Shown: positions 1-8,976 of the stretch, piece by piece
Layout of the letters: each line of letters begins with the position of its first letter
Numbering within the stretch: position 1 is the stretch's first letter
NCBI RefSeq assembly: GCF_001403615.1
Contig: NZ_LN879456.1
Span: 306,078 to 370,077 of the forward strand
Source: Desnuesiella massiliensis
GTDB taxonomy: Bacteria; Bacillota; Clostridia; Clostridiales; Clostridiaceae
Direction: 5' to 3'
DNA: 64,000 nt
The notes under the pieces: model-generated
Database searches by the model: none
Told to the model about the DNA's origin: nothing
The model's input: only the letters and a program-made list of their open reading frames with translations
Made by a program: the position numbers and the translations under genes

Positions 1-82
1 TCGTTCTAATATTTATTTTAGACACCACCTTAGAGAATTTACTTTGGCATCTCCCCAAAAATAGCTAGTCAGTTTACTCGTC

Positions 83-264
83 TATTTTGCGTAATACTGC
101 GTCCACTATTAATTTGCATTAAAAGAGTTACTATAAAGTTGCGCTCTTTCCGCAGGACACCTGCGTTCCGCGCAAAAGTAACTCTATATTAATGCAAATT
201 AATATTAGAACCCACTAATAGCTCCACTATTAATGGAACCTGTGTCCTTGTCTTACGCAAAATA
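83..264. repeat. Large imperfect nested palindrome. Terminal arms tattttgcgtaa (83-94) and ttacgcaaaata (253-264). Inner arms attaatttgcattaa...agagttact...ttgcgc are mirrored around a small central hairpin cgcagg-acac-ctgcg near 150-166. The right arm carries a roughly 30-bp extra segment.
   Basis: Read directly from the sequence. The 12-bp terminal inverted repeats are perfect. The internal blocks (ccactattaat, ttgcattaa, agagttact, ttgcgc) are present in both arms in inverted order. Confidence 0.5.
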
Positions 265-279
265 TCTTCGCATCTTTGA

Positions 280-1341
280 CTAGTTATTTTTTTTACGATG
301 CCTTAATTGAATAAAATTAAATTTATCACTTACTTTAAAATTGTCTGTGCTTAGTTTGTCCAGAGCTTTTTTCATTTCATCCCCTAATAGTAGAGAAGGA
401 TAAAATACTCCTTTGTTTTCATTAAGCCTATAAGGGTAAGCTTTTATTCCAATAGAAACTAAGTTTTTACCAGAAAACACAAAGCTTAATTGATATAAGT
501 AATTTTCATTAATATTCATATAAGAATTTTTTATATTACTAAAAATTGTATTGTTAGATTTAATTATAAACCTATTTTTATATTTTTCGATAGAGTTGTT
601 TTTATAATTATTTAATATAACTACATCGCTGCCGATGTCAATAGAATACTTTAAGATTTTTTCAATATCAGCATCCTCTGAAAAATTTTTAGCATTAAAA
701 ATAACTATAATAGCATCGTTATTTTTTTTGGATTCGTTTATATCCTTAGACAATTTATCAATAAATTCATAAGTATAATTTAAAAAGTCAAAAGTAATAA
801 ATTTTAATTTGCTGCCATTACTTTGGATTCCCCAATTATAATTACTGAGTAAATAGTTAGTACCATTGCTTTCTAAAGTCTCTTTTATGTTAATAAACTC
901 TTTGTTATCTGTATTTAAAAAGTTTAAAAGGTCAATAGATTGATCCTTTAAATATTTAAATAATACAGAGGTGTTTTGATACTTATTATCCTCGCCATAA
1001 AAAATCATAGAGGACAAGGAAATGGTATCATTTGATAAAATTTGAGATATTTCGTTAAGTCCATTTATACCATATAAGAAACCTTCATCCAAGGGTGATT
1101 TAGAATTATAATTGATATTACCACCTAGAGTTATGAATATTTCAGATAAGGGAGATGTACTTTTTTCTTTAGTGTTTGAGAATTTGTTAGAAAGCTCATA
1201 GGAATACTTTTTAAAAAATATACTTAGATTTTCTAGCAGATATTTACCCTTAAAATCCTTTTTTGCACTATAAAATCCAAGAGAAAAAAACAGAATTAAA
1301 GCTAGAATAAAAAGGAGAATTAAGGTTTTCCTTTTCTTCAC
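280..1341 (-). CDS. N-terminally membrane-anchored protein with degenerate CapA/PgsA-like (metallophosphatase-fold) architecture. The conserved metal-ligand motifs are substituted, so it is a probable pseudoenzyme.
   Basis: 353-aa ORF with an N-terminal TM helix. The blocks ITLGGNINYN, DAIIVIFNAKNF and GSDVVILNNYKNN...FIIKSNNTIFS parallel the PgsA/CapA motifs VGDIMMGR, ADIVVVQSHWG and GADIIVGHHPH...YSLGNF, but His/Asp are replaced by Asn/Lys/Gly. Confidence 0.5.
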   Translation of the reverse strand: MKKRKTLILLFILALILFFSLGFYSAKKDFKGKYLLENLSIFFKKYSYELSNKFSNTKEKSTSPLSEIFITLGGNINYNSKSPLDEGFLYGINGLNEISQILSNDTISLSSMIFYGEDNKYQNTSVLFKYLKDQSIDLLNFLNTDNKEFINIKETLESNGTNYLLSNYNWGIQSNGSKLKFITFDFLNYTYEFIDKLSKDINESKKNNDAIIVIFNAKNFSEDADIEKILKYSIDIGSDVVILNNYKNNSIEKYKNRFIIKSNNTIFSNIKNSYMNINENYLYQLSFVFSGKNLVSIGIKAYPYRLNENKGVFYPSLLLGDEMKKALDKLSTDNFKVSDKFNFIQLRHRKKNN

Positions 1342-1665
1342 TTAAGTACCCTCCTGCATTCCTTATTGGCACGCAACAATTATCAATTGTCGCGCTTCCA
1401 GTATTCTTATTGTGCATCCTCATATTATTTACATAGAGAATCATTTAATAAGTATACCACAAACTAATGCACAATGCATAATGGATCCTATGGGAAAATT
1501 TAATACTATATGTAGAAAAAATTCGCTTTCTAAGAAATTTATACTATAGCATTTAAGAGGATTATTTGATAAAATGGTCATATATATTTTTATGACTATT
1601 TTAAATTATTGACAATTTTATATTTATTTATATTAGGTTGTTTTACATATTTAATGAGGTGTAAT

Positions 1666-3411
1666 ATGATTAAAAAATATTTTAATGATATAAAGCATAG
1701 AGGATTGTTTAAATCAAAGATTTTATTCCCATTAGCAGGAATAGTACTAGCCTGTACTGTGAGTTTACCAACTATTTACATGAGCAGTAATAGGGTTAGA
1801 GAAGAGAAGATTACTATTGCTGATAATGTAGCAGAGCAATATTTTTATGAAGTAAATTATACCAAAGCTATAGAGGAGTATGAAAAGCTTTTAGAAATTG
1901 ATGATTCTCCAATATGGTTAGTAAAAATATCTGAAATATATTCTGTACAAGCATCCTTAGAAGACTCTAGAAATTTTATTTCTAGAGCTAAAGAATTAAG
2001 AAATAATCAGATAAAAGATGGTATTGTAACTAAGAAAGAAGATTTCAAAGAAAAGGATTCTGATTTATTAAATTATATTATTTTTACTGAATTTATGAAT
2101 AAGGATTATGAAGCTTCATTAAAGGATGGTGAGGAAGCCTTAAATCTTTATCCAACAAATAAGAATATAATCAAGACTATGTTTACTGTATATATGGCTA
2201 ATAAGCAAATAGATAAAGCTAAGGCTTTAATTTCATCTTATCCTTTGGATAAAGAATCAGCCTATGACATGGCAGAATACGCTAGAATGCTTACTATAGT
2301 TGATAAATGGAATGAAGCTTTTGATTATTTGAAAGAGGCTTGGAACAAAGATAAGGATGAATATAAGGTTTTTGATTTTATTGCTCAAATTGCTGCTTAC
2401 AATAAGGATTCTTTGATTGAGAAAATAACAACCTTAATTAATAAAAATCCTTCTGAGACCTCCTATAAAATGTGGTTAGCTAAGATTTATTCAATGAAAA
2501 GCGAAACCTCAGAAGAGGCTACTAAGATATTGGAAGAGGTAAAAGATAGGGATATAGGGAAGATAGAACCTAGTCTTATTAGAGCTTCAATACTTCAAAA
2601 CACAAAGGAACCTGAAGCGGCAGATGAAATGATAGATAGGATTATTTCTGATAATAATTCAGATTACAGAGTCCTTCATACTGCAGCCTGGTATTATTTT
2701 AATAAAAAAAATTACACGGTGGCCTTAAATTATTGTAAACAATCTATATTAAAAAATAAGAACTATCCAGACAATTATGGTTTTTTAATGCCAGAGATCA
2801 TGAAGGCTATGAATAAAAGTCATGAAGGAGAGCCTTATTTTAGGACAGCCATGAGAAAAGAACCCTATAATTACAATATTATGGTTAACATAGCAAATTA
2901 TTATTGGCACACTACTCAAGATAGTGACAAAGCTCTAGAGTATTTTAAATTTGCAGAAATGATAAAGCCTAACGATGGTGAAGTAAAATATAATATGGCA
3001 ATGATTCATATCAATAATAAAAGAGAAGATGATGCTATTAGCTTGTTAAAAGAGTGTATAAAGATAGATGAGTCTGTACCAAAATATCATAGGACCTTAG
3101 GTACATTATATATGATTAAAGGCAATATGAATGAGGGAATTAAAGAGACCAGAGCTGCTTATCAAGCAGATAAGAATGACATATTAAATTTAAATAATGC
3201 AGGTATATATTATATTACTGTTGAAGAAAACTTAGATAGAGGTTTCTATAATATAAAAAGAGCTTATGAAAGCATAGTGGAAGAAACAGATAAATATACT
3301 AAGGATGTAATAACTGAAAATTATAATAAAGCTAAGACTTTAGTTGATTCCTTTAATAACAGCAGTGGAAATGAAAATTTAAAGGTACCTGATTTTACTT
3401 TGTTCTATTGA
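1666..3411 (+). CDS. TPR-repeat protein with an N-terminal transmembrane segment.
   Basis: Long ORF. The ATG at 1666 is preceded by GAGGTG. A TM helix (FPLAGIVLACTVSLPTIY) is followed by repeated 34-aa-like helical units rich in A/Y/L/K. Confidence 0.6.
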   Translation: MIKKYFNDIKHRGLFKSKILFPLAGIVLACTVSLPTIYMSSNRVREEKITIADNVAEQYFYEVNYTKAIEEYEKLLEIDDSPIWLVKISEIYSVQASLEDSRNFISRAKELRNNQIKDGIVTKKEDFKEKDSDLLNYIIFTEFMNKDYEASLKDGEEALNLYPTNKNIIKTMFTVYMANKQIDKAKALISSYPLDKESAYDMAEYARMLTIVDKWNEAFDYLKEAWNKDKDEYKVFDFIAQIAAYNKDSLIEKITTLINKNPSETSYKMWLAKIYSMKSETSEEATKILEEVKDRDIGKIEPSLIRASILQNTKEPEAADEMIDRIISDNNSDYRVLHTAAWYYFNKKNYTVALNYCKQSILKNKNYPDNYGFLMPEIMKAMNKSHEGEPYFRTAMRKEPYNYNIMVNIANYYWHTTQDSDKALEYFKFAEMIKPNDGEVKYNMAMIHINNKREDDAISLLKECIKIDESVPKYHRTLGTLYMIKGNMNEGIKETRAAYQADKNDILNLNNAGIYYITVEENLDRGFYNIKRAYESIVEETDKYTKDVITENYNKAKTLVDSFNNSSGNENLKVPDFTLFY

Positions 3412-3465
3412 TGTTTATTGGTTATGGCTGAAAGAATATGATTATAATATAAAATTTAGAGATTA

Positions 3466-3502
3466 TAAATCCCTTGCAGCTTTAGTGAGGGATTTTAAAT
3501 TT
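3466..3502 (+). terminator. Hairpin aaatccc...gggattt followed by a T-rich tract downstream of the TPR gene.
   Basis: Inverted repeat plus T-run read from the sequence. Confidence 0.35.
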
Positions 3503-3588
3503 GAACCATTAGGCTTTTTAAAATATACCATAAAAAGTCATATAGTTGATAATATATAAGTTACACTAATTATAGGAGAGTGATATTA

Positions 3589-4569
3589 ATGTATCCTTTA
3601 AAATTTAATAATATTTATTTTGATAAAATTTGGGGAGGTAGAGATTTAGAAATATTTAGAGATAATCTGCCTGAAGGTAACATAGGAGAAAGCTGGGATA
3701 TTGCTTGCCATCCTCATGGTACAGGCATAGTTTCAAATGGGGATTATAAAGGTAAATCTTTAAAAGAATTAATTGAAAAAGAGAAGGAAAAAGTTGTAGG
3801 TACTGAAATATCTTTAGATAGATTTCCGCTTTTAGTAAAATTGATTAATGCAAAGGATAAGCTTTCTGTTCAAGTGCATCCTGATGATGAGTATGGCTAT
3901 AGGGTAGAGGGAGAACCTGGGAAAACAGAAGTGTGGTATGTGTTAGAAGCCTTTGAAGGAGCTAACTTGGTTGTGGGAACAAAGGATTGTACTAAAGAAC
4001 AGTTTGTAGAAGCTATTAAAAAAGGCTCCTTTGACCAATATATGAATAGAATAGAGGTTAAGAAAGGAGAGGTTTTTTTTGTTAAAAGTGGGTTAGTACA
4101 TGCTATCGGTGAAGGAGTAATAATTGCTGAAATACAGCAAAATAGTGATACAACCTATAGGGTATATGACTATAATAGAGGGAGAGAATTACATATAGAT
4201 AAGGCATTAGAAACCATAGATTTCTCATTAAAGGGAGGAAAGAGCAAAGGTATTAAAGTAGAATATCCTGGGTACACTAAAACTTATTTTTGTCTCTGTG
4301 AACATTTTGCACTAGAAAAATTTGATATAACTAATAATTTAAAAGATATAAGTGATAAAGAACGTTTTTATATACTTACTTGTACTGAAGGACATGGAAA
4401 AATAGTATATGATGAAGGTGAACTCAACATAGTAAAGGGAGAGAGTGTGTTAATACCTGCAACTCTTGGTCAGTATAGTATAAAAGGAAATTTATCAGTT
4501 TTAAAGAGTTATGTGCCTAATATTGAAAAAGTAGAAAAAGAAATTTTAGAGTCATGTACCACCAGCTGA
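3589..4569 (+). CDS. manA: Mannose-6-phosphate isomerase, class I (Bacillus-type PMI). The last about 7 codons and the stop codon are supplied by the IS200 right end.
   Basis: Motifs QVHPDDEYG, KIWGG and VHAIGEG. The ATG at 3589 has AGGAGAG 8 nt upstream. The ORF-track start at 3580 is a GTG abutting the RBS. Confidence 0.8.
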   Translation: MYPLKFNNIYFDKIWGGRDLEIFRDNLPEGNIGESWDIACHPHGTGIVSNGDYKGKSLKELIEKEKEKVVGTEISLDRFPLLVKLINAKDKLSVQVHPDDEYGYRVEGEPGKTEVWYVLEAFEGANLVVGTKDCTKEQFVEAIKKGSFDQYMNRIEVKKGEVFFVKSGLVHAIGEGVIIAEIQQNSDTTYRVYDYNRGRELHIDKALETIDFSLKGGKSKGIKVEYPGYTKTYFCLCEHFALEKFDITNNLKDISDKERFYILTCTEGHGKIVYDEGELNIVKGESVLIPATLGQYSIKGNLSVLKSYVPNIEKVEKEILESCTTS

Positions 4570-5286
4570 GCTGGTGGCTTGATTAAGCCCTATAAGGGCA
4601 TGGTACTGGCGGCGCTACTCGCGCTCTAAAAAAACCGCCAATCGCAAAACTTTTACAGCGGCCACCCTCGTTGGGTGGCTTTTTTATTTGCTACCTTTTG
4701 CTGGCTCGCCCGTGAACGGGTCAATATATTCTTTCATACTTATCTGTTCTGCTATTTGATCTTCTTGAAGTTGATTTTGTATATATTTTGCAACTGCAGT
4801 TTTATTTCTTCCAACTGTATCTACATAATATCCTCTGCACCAAAAATGTCTGTTACCATATTTATATTTTAAATTTGCAAATCTATCAAAAATCATCAAG
4901 CTACTTTTCCCTTTTAATATTCCCATGAATTTTGATACACTCATTTTTGGTGGAATACTTACCAGCATATGTACATGATCTGGACATGCATTTGCTTCTA
5001 TTATCTCTACTCCATTTCTTATACATATCTCTCGTAGTATCTTGCCGATTTCTCCTTTATATTTCCCATATATTATCTGTCTTCTATACTTTGGTGCAAA
5101 TACTATATGATATTGACACCTCCATTTTGTATGTGTTAAGCTTTCTATGTCGTTACCCATACGACACACCTCCTATGATATTTTGTTTTGCGATTGTCAG
5201 TCGCTTTCATTTTATCATAGGAGTTTTTTTGTTCAGAGCTAAAGCCATTTTATCCACTGGCATAGCCAGTGGTTATCAAAGCAAAA
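4548..5286 (-). mobile_element. IS200/IS605-family element, IS200-type (tnpA only, about 739 bp), copy A. Subterminal hairpins ccaccagc-tga-gctggtgg and gccaccc-tcgtt-gggtggc lie at the right end, and ccactgg-catag-ccagtgg at the left end.
   Basis: Near-identical to the segment 59516-60252 in inverted orientation. Boundaries were defined by where the two copies diverge. Confidence 0.85.
4684..5160 (-). CDS. tnpA: IS200/IS605-family Y1 (HuH) transposase TnpA.
   Basis: 158-aa protein with HVHML (HuH motif) and the catalytic Tyr region RGYYVDTVG. GGAGG lies 8 nt upstream of the ATG at 5160. Confidence 0.9.
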   Translation of the reverse strand: MGNDIESLTHTKWRCQYHIVFAPKYRRQIIYGKYKGEIGKILREICIRNGVEIIEANACPDHVHMLVSIPPKMSVSKFMGILKGKSSLMIFDRFANLKYKYGNRHFWCRGYYVDTVGRNKTAVAKYIQNQLQEDQIAEQISMKEYIDPFTGEPAKGSK

Positions 5287-5289
5287 TAT

Positions 5290-5326
5290 AAGAGCATAAT
5301 GCTTCAAAGAGCATTATGCTCTTTTG
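5290..5326. terminator. Palindromic hairpin aagagcataatgc-ttcaaag-agcattatgctctt followed by a T-run, abutting the IS200 copy A left end.
   Basis: Perfect 13-bp stem read from the sequence. Confidence 0.5.
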
Positions 5327-5567
5327 AATTTCATAATTGTGGGAAATGCAAATTATATAACTTTTAATATAAATAATATACTCTATATACATTTAAAGTG
5401 TATACTTATGAAAGAAAGCATTCTAAAATGACTCAAAACTACGGAAGTATAAAATATTTCTTGCAATTTTCTGCATAATATGGCATAATGAAATAAGAGC
5501 ACTGAGTAAAGGATTTCATGAGAAAATGAAGGAATTTATTCAGATAATATATTTTGGGGGGAAAATC

Positions 5568-7148
5568 ATGGGGGATAATTTGAATATTAAAGCGAAAGAA
5601 ATCTATACGAATTTAACAGTATCAGAATTAGTAGAACATGCGCTACAAAGAGGAGAAGGAATTCTAAGCGATAATGGAGCTTTAGTAATTCATACAGGAA
5701 AATATACTGGAAGGTCACCTAAGGATAGATTTATAGTTAAACAAAGCAGTATTGAAGAAAATATCAACTGGGGTGATGTTAATATCGCAATATCCGAAGA
5801 AGTTTTTGACAACTTGTATGGTAAAGTAACAAAATACTTACAAGATAAAGAACTTTTTGTATTTCAAGGATATGTAGGAGCAGAAGAAAAATATAGATTG
5901 CCTATTAAGGTTGTTTGTGAATATGCCTCTCAAGCATTGTTTTCAAATCAAATGTTTATAAGAAAAGATAAGAATGAAAAACATGTTGCAGAGTTTACAG
6001 TTATATCTGCTCCAGGATTTAAAGCTGAAGGAAAAGCAGATGGAATTAATTCAGAAGCTTTTATTATAATAAATTTTGATAAGAAAATTGTTTTAATAGG
6101 TGGAACTCAATATTCAGGAGAAATTAAAAAGTCTATGTTCTCAATTATGAACTTTCTATTACCTTTAAAAGGTGTATTTCCAATGCATTGTTCGGCTAAC
6201 ATAGGAAAAGAAAATGATGTAGCAGTTTTCTTTGGACTATCTGGAACAGGCAAAACCACCTTATCAGCAGACCCTCAAAGGAGATTAATCGGGGATGACG
6301 AACATGGTTGGCATGAAGATGGAGTGTTTAATTTTGAAGGTGGATGTTATGCAAAAGCTATTAATTTAGATCCTGAGAAAGAAAAAGATATTTATAATGC
6401 AATAAAGTTTGGAACAGTTCTAGAAAATGTGGTTCTTGATGAAAATAGATGTCCAGATTATGAGGATGGTACTTTAACAGAAAATACAAGAGCAGCGTAT
6501 CCTATAAATCATATAACTAATATAGAGATAAGTGGTAAGGGTGGAGTACCAAATATCATAATATTTTTAACTGCAGATGCCTTTGGGGTATTGCCTCCTA
6601 TATCAAAATTAGATAAAAACTCTGCAATGTATCATTTTATGTCAGGGTATACTAGCAAAGTAGCAGGAACAGAAAGAGGAATAAAGGAGCCTCAAGCAAC
6701 TTTCTCAGCTTGTTTTGGAGAACCTTTTATGTTAATGAATCCTTCTGTGTACGCTAAGCTATTAGGAGAGAAAATTGAAAAACACAATACTCAAGTATAC
6801 TTAATAAATACAGGATGGATTGGTGGTCCTTATGGAATTGGAAAGAGAATAAATATACCTTATACAAGAGCCATGGTAACTGCTGCTATTGAAGGAAAGC
6901 TTGAAAATGTTCAGTGGACTGAGCATCCAATATTTAAGGTTTTAATGCCTGAAGAATGTGAAGGAGTTCCATCGGAACTGCTAAATCCAGTTAACCTTTG
7001 GGAAAATAAAGAAAATTATAATAGCAAGGCCTTAGAATTAGCAAATAAATTTAATGAAAACTTTAAAAAATTTAAGGCTGTTACAGAGGATATAAGAAAT
7101 GCTGGTCCAGAAGCAAATAAAGATTTATTAGAATACGCTATGGTATAA
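5568..7148 (+). CDS. pckA: Phosphoenolpyruvate carboxykinase (ATP).
   Basis: Motifs TGRSPKDRF and GLSGTGKTT; length is about 526 aa. The ATG at 5568 follows GGGGGG. Confidence 0.9.
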   Translation: MGDNLNIKAKEIYTNLTVSELVEHALQRGEGILSDNGALVIHTGKYTGRSPKDRFIVKQSSIEENINWGDVNIAISEEVFDNLYGKVTKYLQDKELFVFQGYVGAEEKYRLPIKVVCEYASQALFSNQMFIRKDKNEKHVAEFTVISAPGFKAEGKADGINSEAFIIINFDKKIVLIGGTQYSGEIKKSMFSIMNFLLPLKGVFPMHCSANIGKENDVAVFFGLSGTGKTTLSADPQRRLIGDDEHGWHEDGVFNFEGGCYAKAINLDPEKEKDIYNAIKFGTVLENVVLDENRCPDYEDGTLTENTRAAYPINHITNIEISGKGGVPNIIIFLTADAFGVLPPISKLDKNSAMYHFMSGYTSKVAGTERGIKEPQATFSACFGEPFMLMNPSVYAKLLGEKIEKHNTQVYLINTGWIGGPYGIGKRINIPYTRAMVTAAIEGKLENVQWTEHPIFKVLMPEECEGVPSELLNPVNLWENKENYNSKALELANKFNENFKKFKAVTEDIRNAGPEANKDLLEYAMV

Positions 7149-7231
7149 GAGCTTGCAGATTGATATGCTCCCCTTGTAGTAGACAGTTTAAGTAATAAAA
7201 ACTGTTTACCACAGAGGGGAGCGTATTTTTT

Positions 7232-7912
7232 ATGGGAAGAAAAGATAAAATATCACCTGAATTAAAAATACAGGCAGTAATAGAGTATATGAATGGCGAT
7301 GGCTCGTTTCAGTCAATTGCTCGTAAATATGGTGTAAGTCGTACACCTTTTCGTAAATGGGTTGCTAAATATAAGGCTCAAGGTGAAACGGCATTTATTA
7401 ACAATGAGAGAAATAACTCATATTCTTCTGCGTTTAAAGAAATGGTTGTTCAATCCTACTTAAGTGGAGAAGGTTCACTCCAAGATATTGCCGTAAAATA
7501 CAAAATTCCAGGTCAAGATACTGTCAGGCAATGGGTTATGAAGTATAATGGTCATGAGGAGTTAAAGGCTTCTGGAACAGGAGGAACTATCATGACCAAA
7601 GGACGCAAAACAACTTACAATGAAAGAATTGAAATAGTTAAATACTGTATTGAGAACAATAGCAATTACGCAGAGACAGCGCAGAAATATAAGGTATCAT
7701 ATCAGCAAGTTTATGCATGGACAACAAAATATGAGAAAGATGGCATAGAAGCGCTTCTGGACAGAAGGGGTAAAAGAAAGCCTGAGGGTGAAATGTCTGA
7801 ACTTGAGAAGTTAAGAGCGCAGAACAAGCTTCTTGAAGCTGAGAATAAAAGGCAACAGATGGAGATAGATTTCTTAAAAAAACTCAAGGAAATAGAAAGG
7901 GGGCGGTTCTGA
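7232..7912 (+). CDS. IS3-family transposase OrfA (two HTH domains plus a leucine-zipper-like C-terminus).
   Basis: Blocks SIARKYGVSRTPFRKWV and the second HTH AETAQKYKVSYQQVYAW. A C-terminal LEKLRAQNKLLEAENKRQQMEIDFLKK coiled coil ends at the slippery site. Confidence 0.85.
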   Translation: MGRKDKISPELKIQAVIEYMNGDGSFQSIARKYGVSRTPFRKWVAKYKAQGETAFINNERNNSYSSAFKEMVVQSYLSGEGSLQDIAVKYKIPGQDTVRQWVMKYNGHEELKASGTGGTIMTKGRKTTYNERIEIVKYCIENNSNYAETAQKYKVSYQQVYAWTTKYEKDGIEALLDRRGKRKPEGEMSELEKLRAQNKLLEAENKRQQMEIDFLKKLKEIERGRF

Positions 7913-7938
7913 GCCTGGTTAAACAGGAGACAGTATAC

Positions 7939-8802
7939 ATGGCTATTAAGATGCTTTCAAAACAAAGCCACTATCCTGTTTCGGTTTTGTGTGAGATTGC
8001 TAAAATCAACAGATCAGCTTACTATAAATGGCTTCATAGGAAGAAAAGCCAGAATGAACTTCAAAACGAAAATCTCCTTATTCTTATTAAGGAAGCTTAT
8101 GAGGAGAAAGACGGTATACTTGGTTACAGGCAGATAACTATAAAACTTCGTCGTGAACATAACCTTAAGGTAAACTATAAACGCATATATCGTCTTATGA
8201 AAATAGTTGGGCTGAAATCAGTATGTAGGAAAAAGAAATATAACTACCTAAAATCAACTCCTGAAGTTACAGCTGAAAATGTACTAAACCGAGATTTTAA
8301 GGCAGAAAATATCTTTGAGAAATGGCTCACGGATATAACAGAATTCAAGTATGGTGATGGAAAAAAAGCATACTTAAGTGCAATCCTTGACCTTGGGGAT
8401 AGAAGCATAGTATCTTATGTCATTGGTCATTCAAACAATAATGCTCTTGTGTTTGAAACCTTTGACTTAGCAGTTGCAGCCTATCCTAATGTAAAACCCA
8501 TCTTTCATAGCGATCGTGGATTCCAATATACCAGCAAAATATTTAAGTCAAAGCTAGATAAGGCTGGAATGATACAAAGTATGTCAAGGGTATCTCGCTG
8601 CATAGATAATGGCCCTATGGAGGGATTCTGGGGAATTTTAAAATCTGAGATGTACTACTTGCATAAGTTTAATGACTATGAGAGTTTGAAGAAAGCTATT
8701 GAAGCATACATAGACTACTATAATAATAAGCGTTACCAGAAGCGCTTAAACTGTATGACACCGCTGGAATACCGTAGGTATCTTCTTGGTATCTCATCAT
8801 AA
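7939..8802 (+). CDS. IS3-family transposase OrfB (DDE integrase/rve core), probably made as an OrfAB fusion by -1 frameshifting at AAAAAAA (7876-7882).
   Basis: The orfB frame is open upstream back to the A7 motif and is -1 relative to orfA. The DDE-region block ...HSDRGFQYTS... is present. Confidence 0.85.
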   Translation: MAIKMLSKQSHYPVSVLCEIAKINRSAYYKWLHRKKSQNELQNENLLILIKEAYEEKDGILGYRQITIKLRREHNLKVNYKRIYRLMKIVGLKSVCRKKKYNYLKSTPEVTAENVLNRDFKAENIFEKWLTDITEFKYGDGKKAYLSAILDLGDRSIVSYVIGHSNNNALVFETFDLAVAAYPNVKPIFHSDRGFQYTSKIFKSKLDKAGMIQSMSRVSRCIDNGPMEGFWGILKSEMYYLHKFNDYESLKKAIEAYIDYYNNKRYQKRLNCMTPLEYRRYLLGISS

Positions 8803-8976
8803 AAAAGTACCAACCTTCTTGGTTGGCACTTTACTAATTTTTTTATTTTTTTCACTGTCTACTTGACAGGGAGCAGTTCAGATTGCAGGCTCTTTTTCTA
8901 TAGGATTAATGACTTTGCTTCTATTATAGTGTATAATTAAATATAGTTAGAATTTTTTAAGAAAAGAGGTCGTATC

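Larger units (their letters stand above)
7154..8888 (+). mobile_element. IS3-family (IS150-group-like) insertion sequence with imperfect terminal inverted repeats of about 35 bp (tgcagattgatatgctcccc... / ...gggagcagttcagattgca).
   Basis: The IRs were aligned by eye. orfA and orfB are in 0/-1 frames with an A7 slippery site. The element starts 6 bp after the pckA stop codon. Confidence 0.8.

Noticed and set aside
1609-1665. N-terminal ORF extensions in the track (1609, 3580, 10437, 13288, 15414, 25072, 33368, 37581, 55039, 57165, 50255).
   Set aside because: These start at TTG/GTG or ATG codons with no or mis-spaced Shine-Dalgarno sequences. An internal ATG with a canonical GGAGG-type RBS 6-9 nt upstream was preferred in each case.
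4675-5291. ORFs 4675-4872(+) and 4932-5291(+), with their mirror images 59455-59868(-) and 59928-60125(-), lie antisense to tnpA.
   Set aside because: They have low-complexity hydrophobic translations and sit entirely inside the IS200 copies opposite a strongly supported tnpA ORF. There is no RBS. They are treated as spurious.
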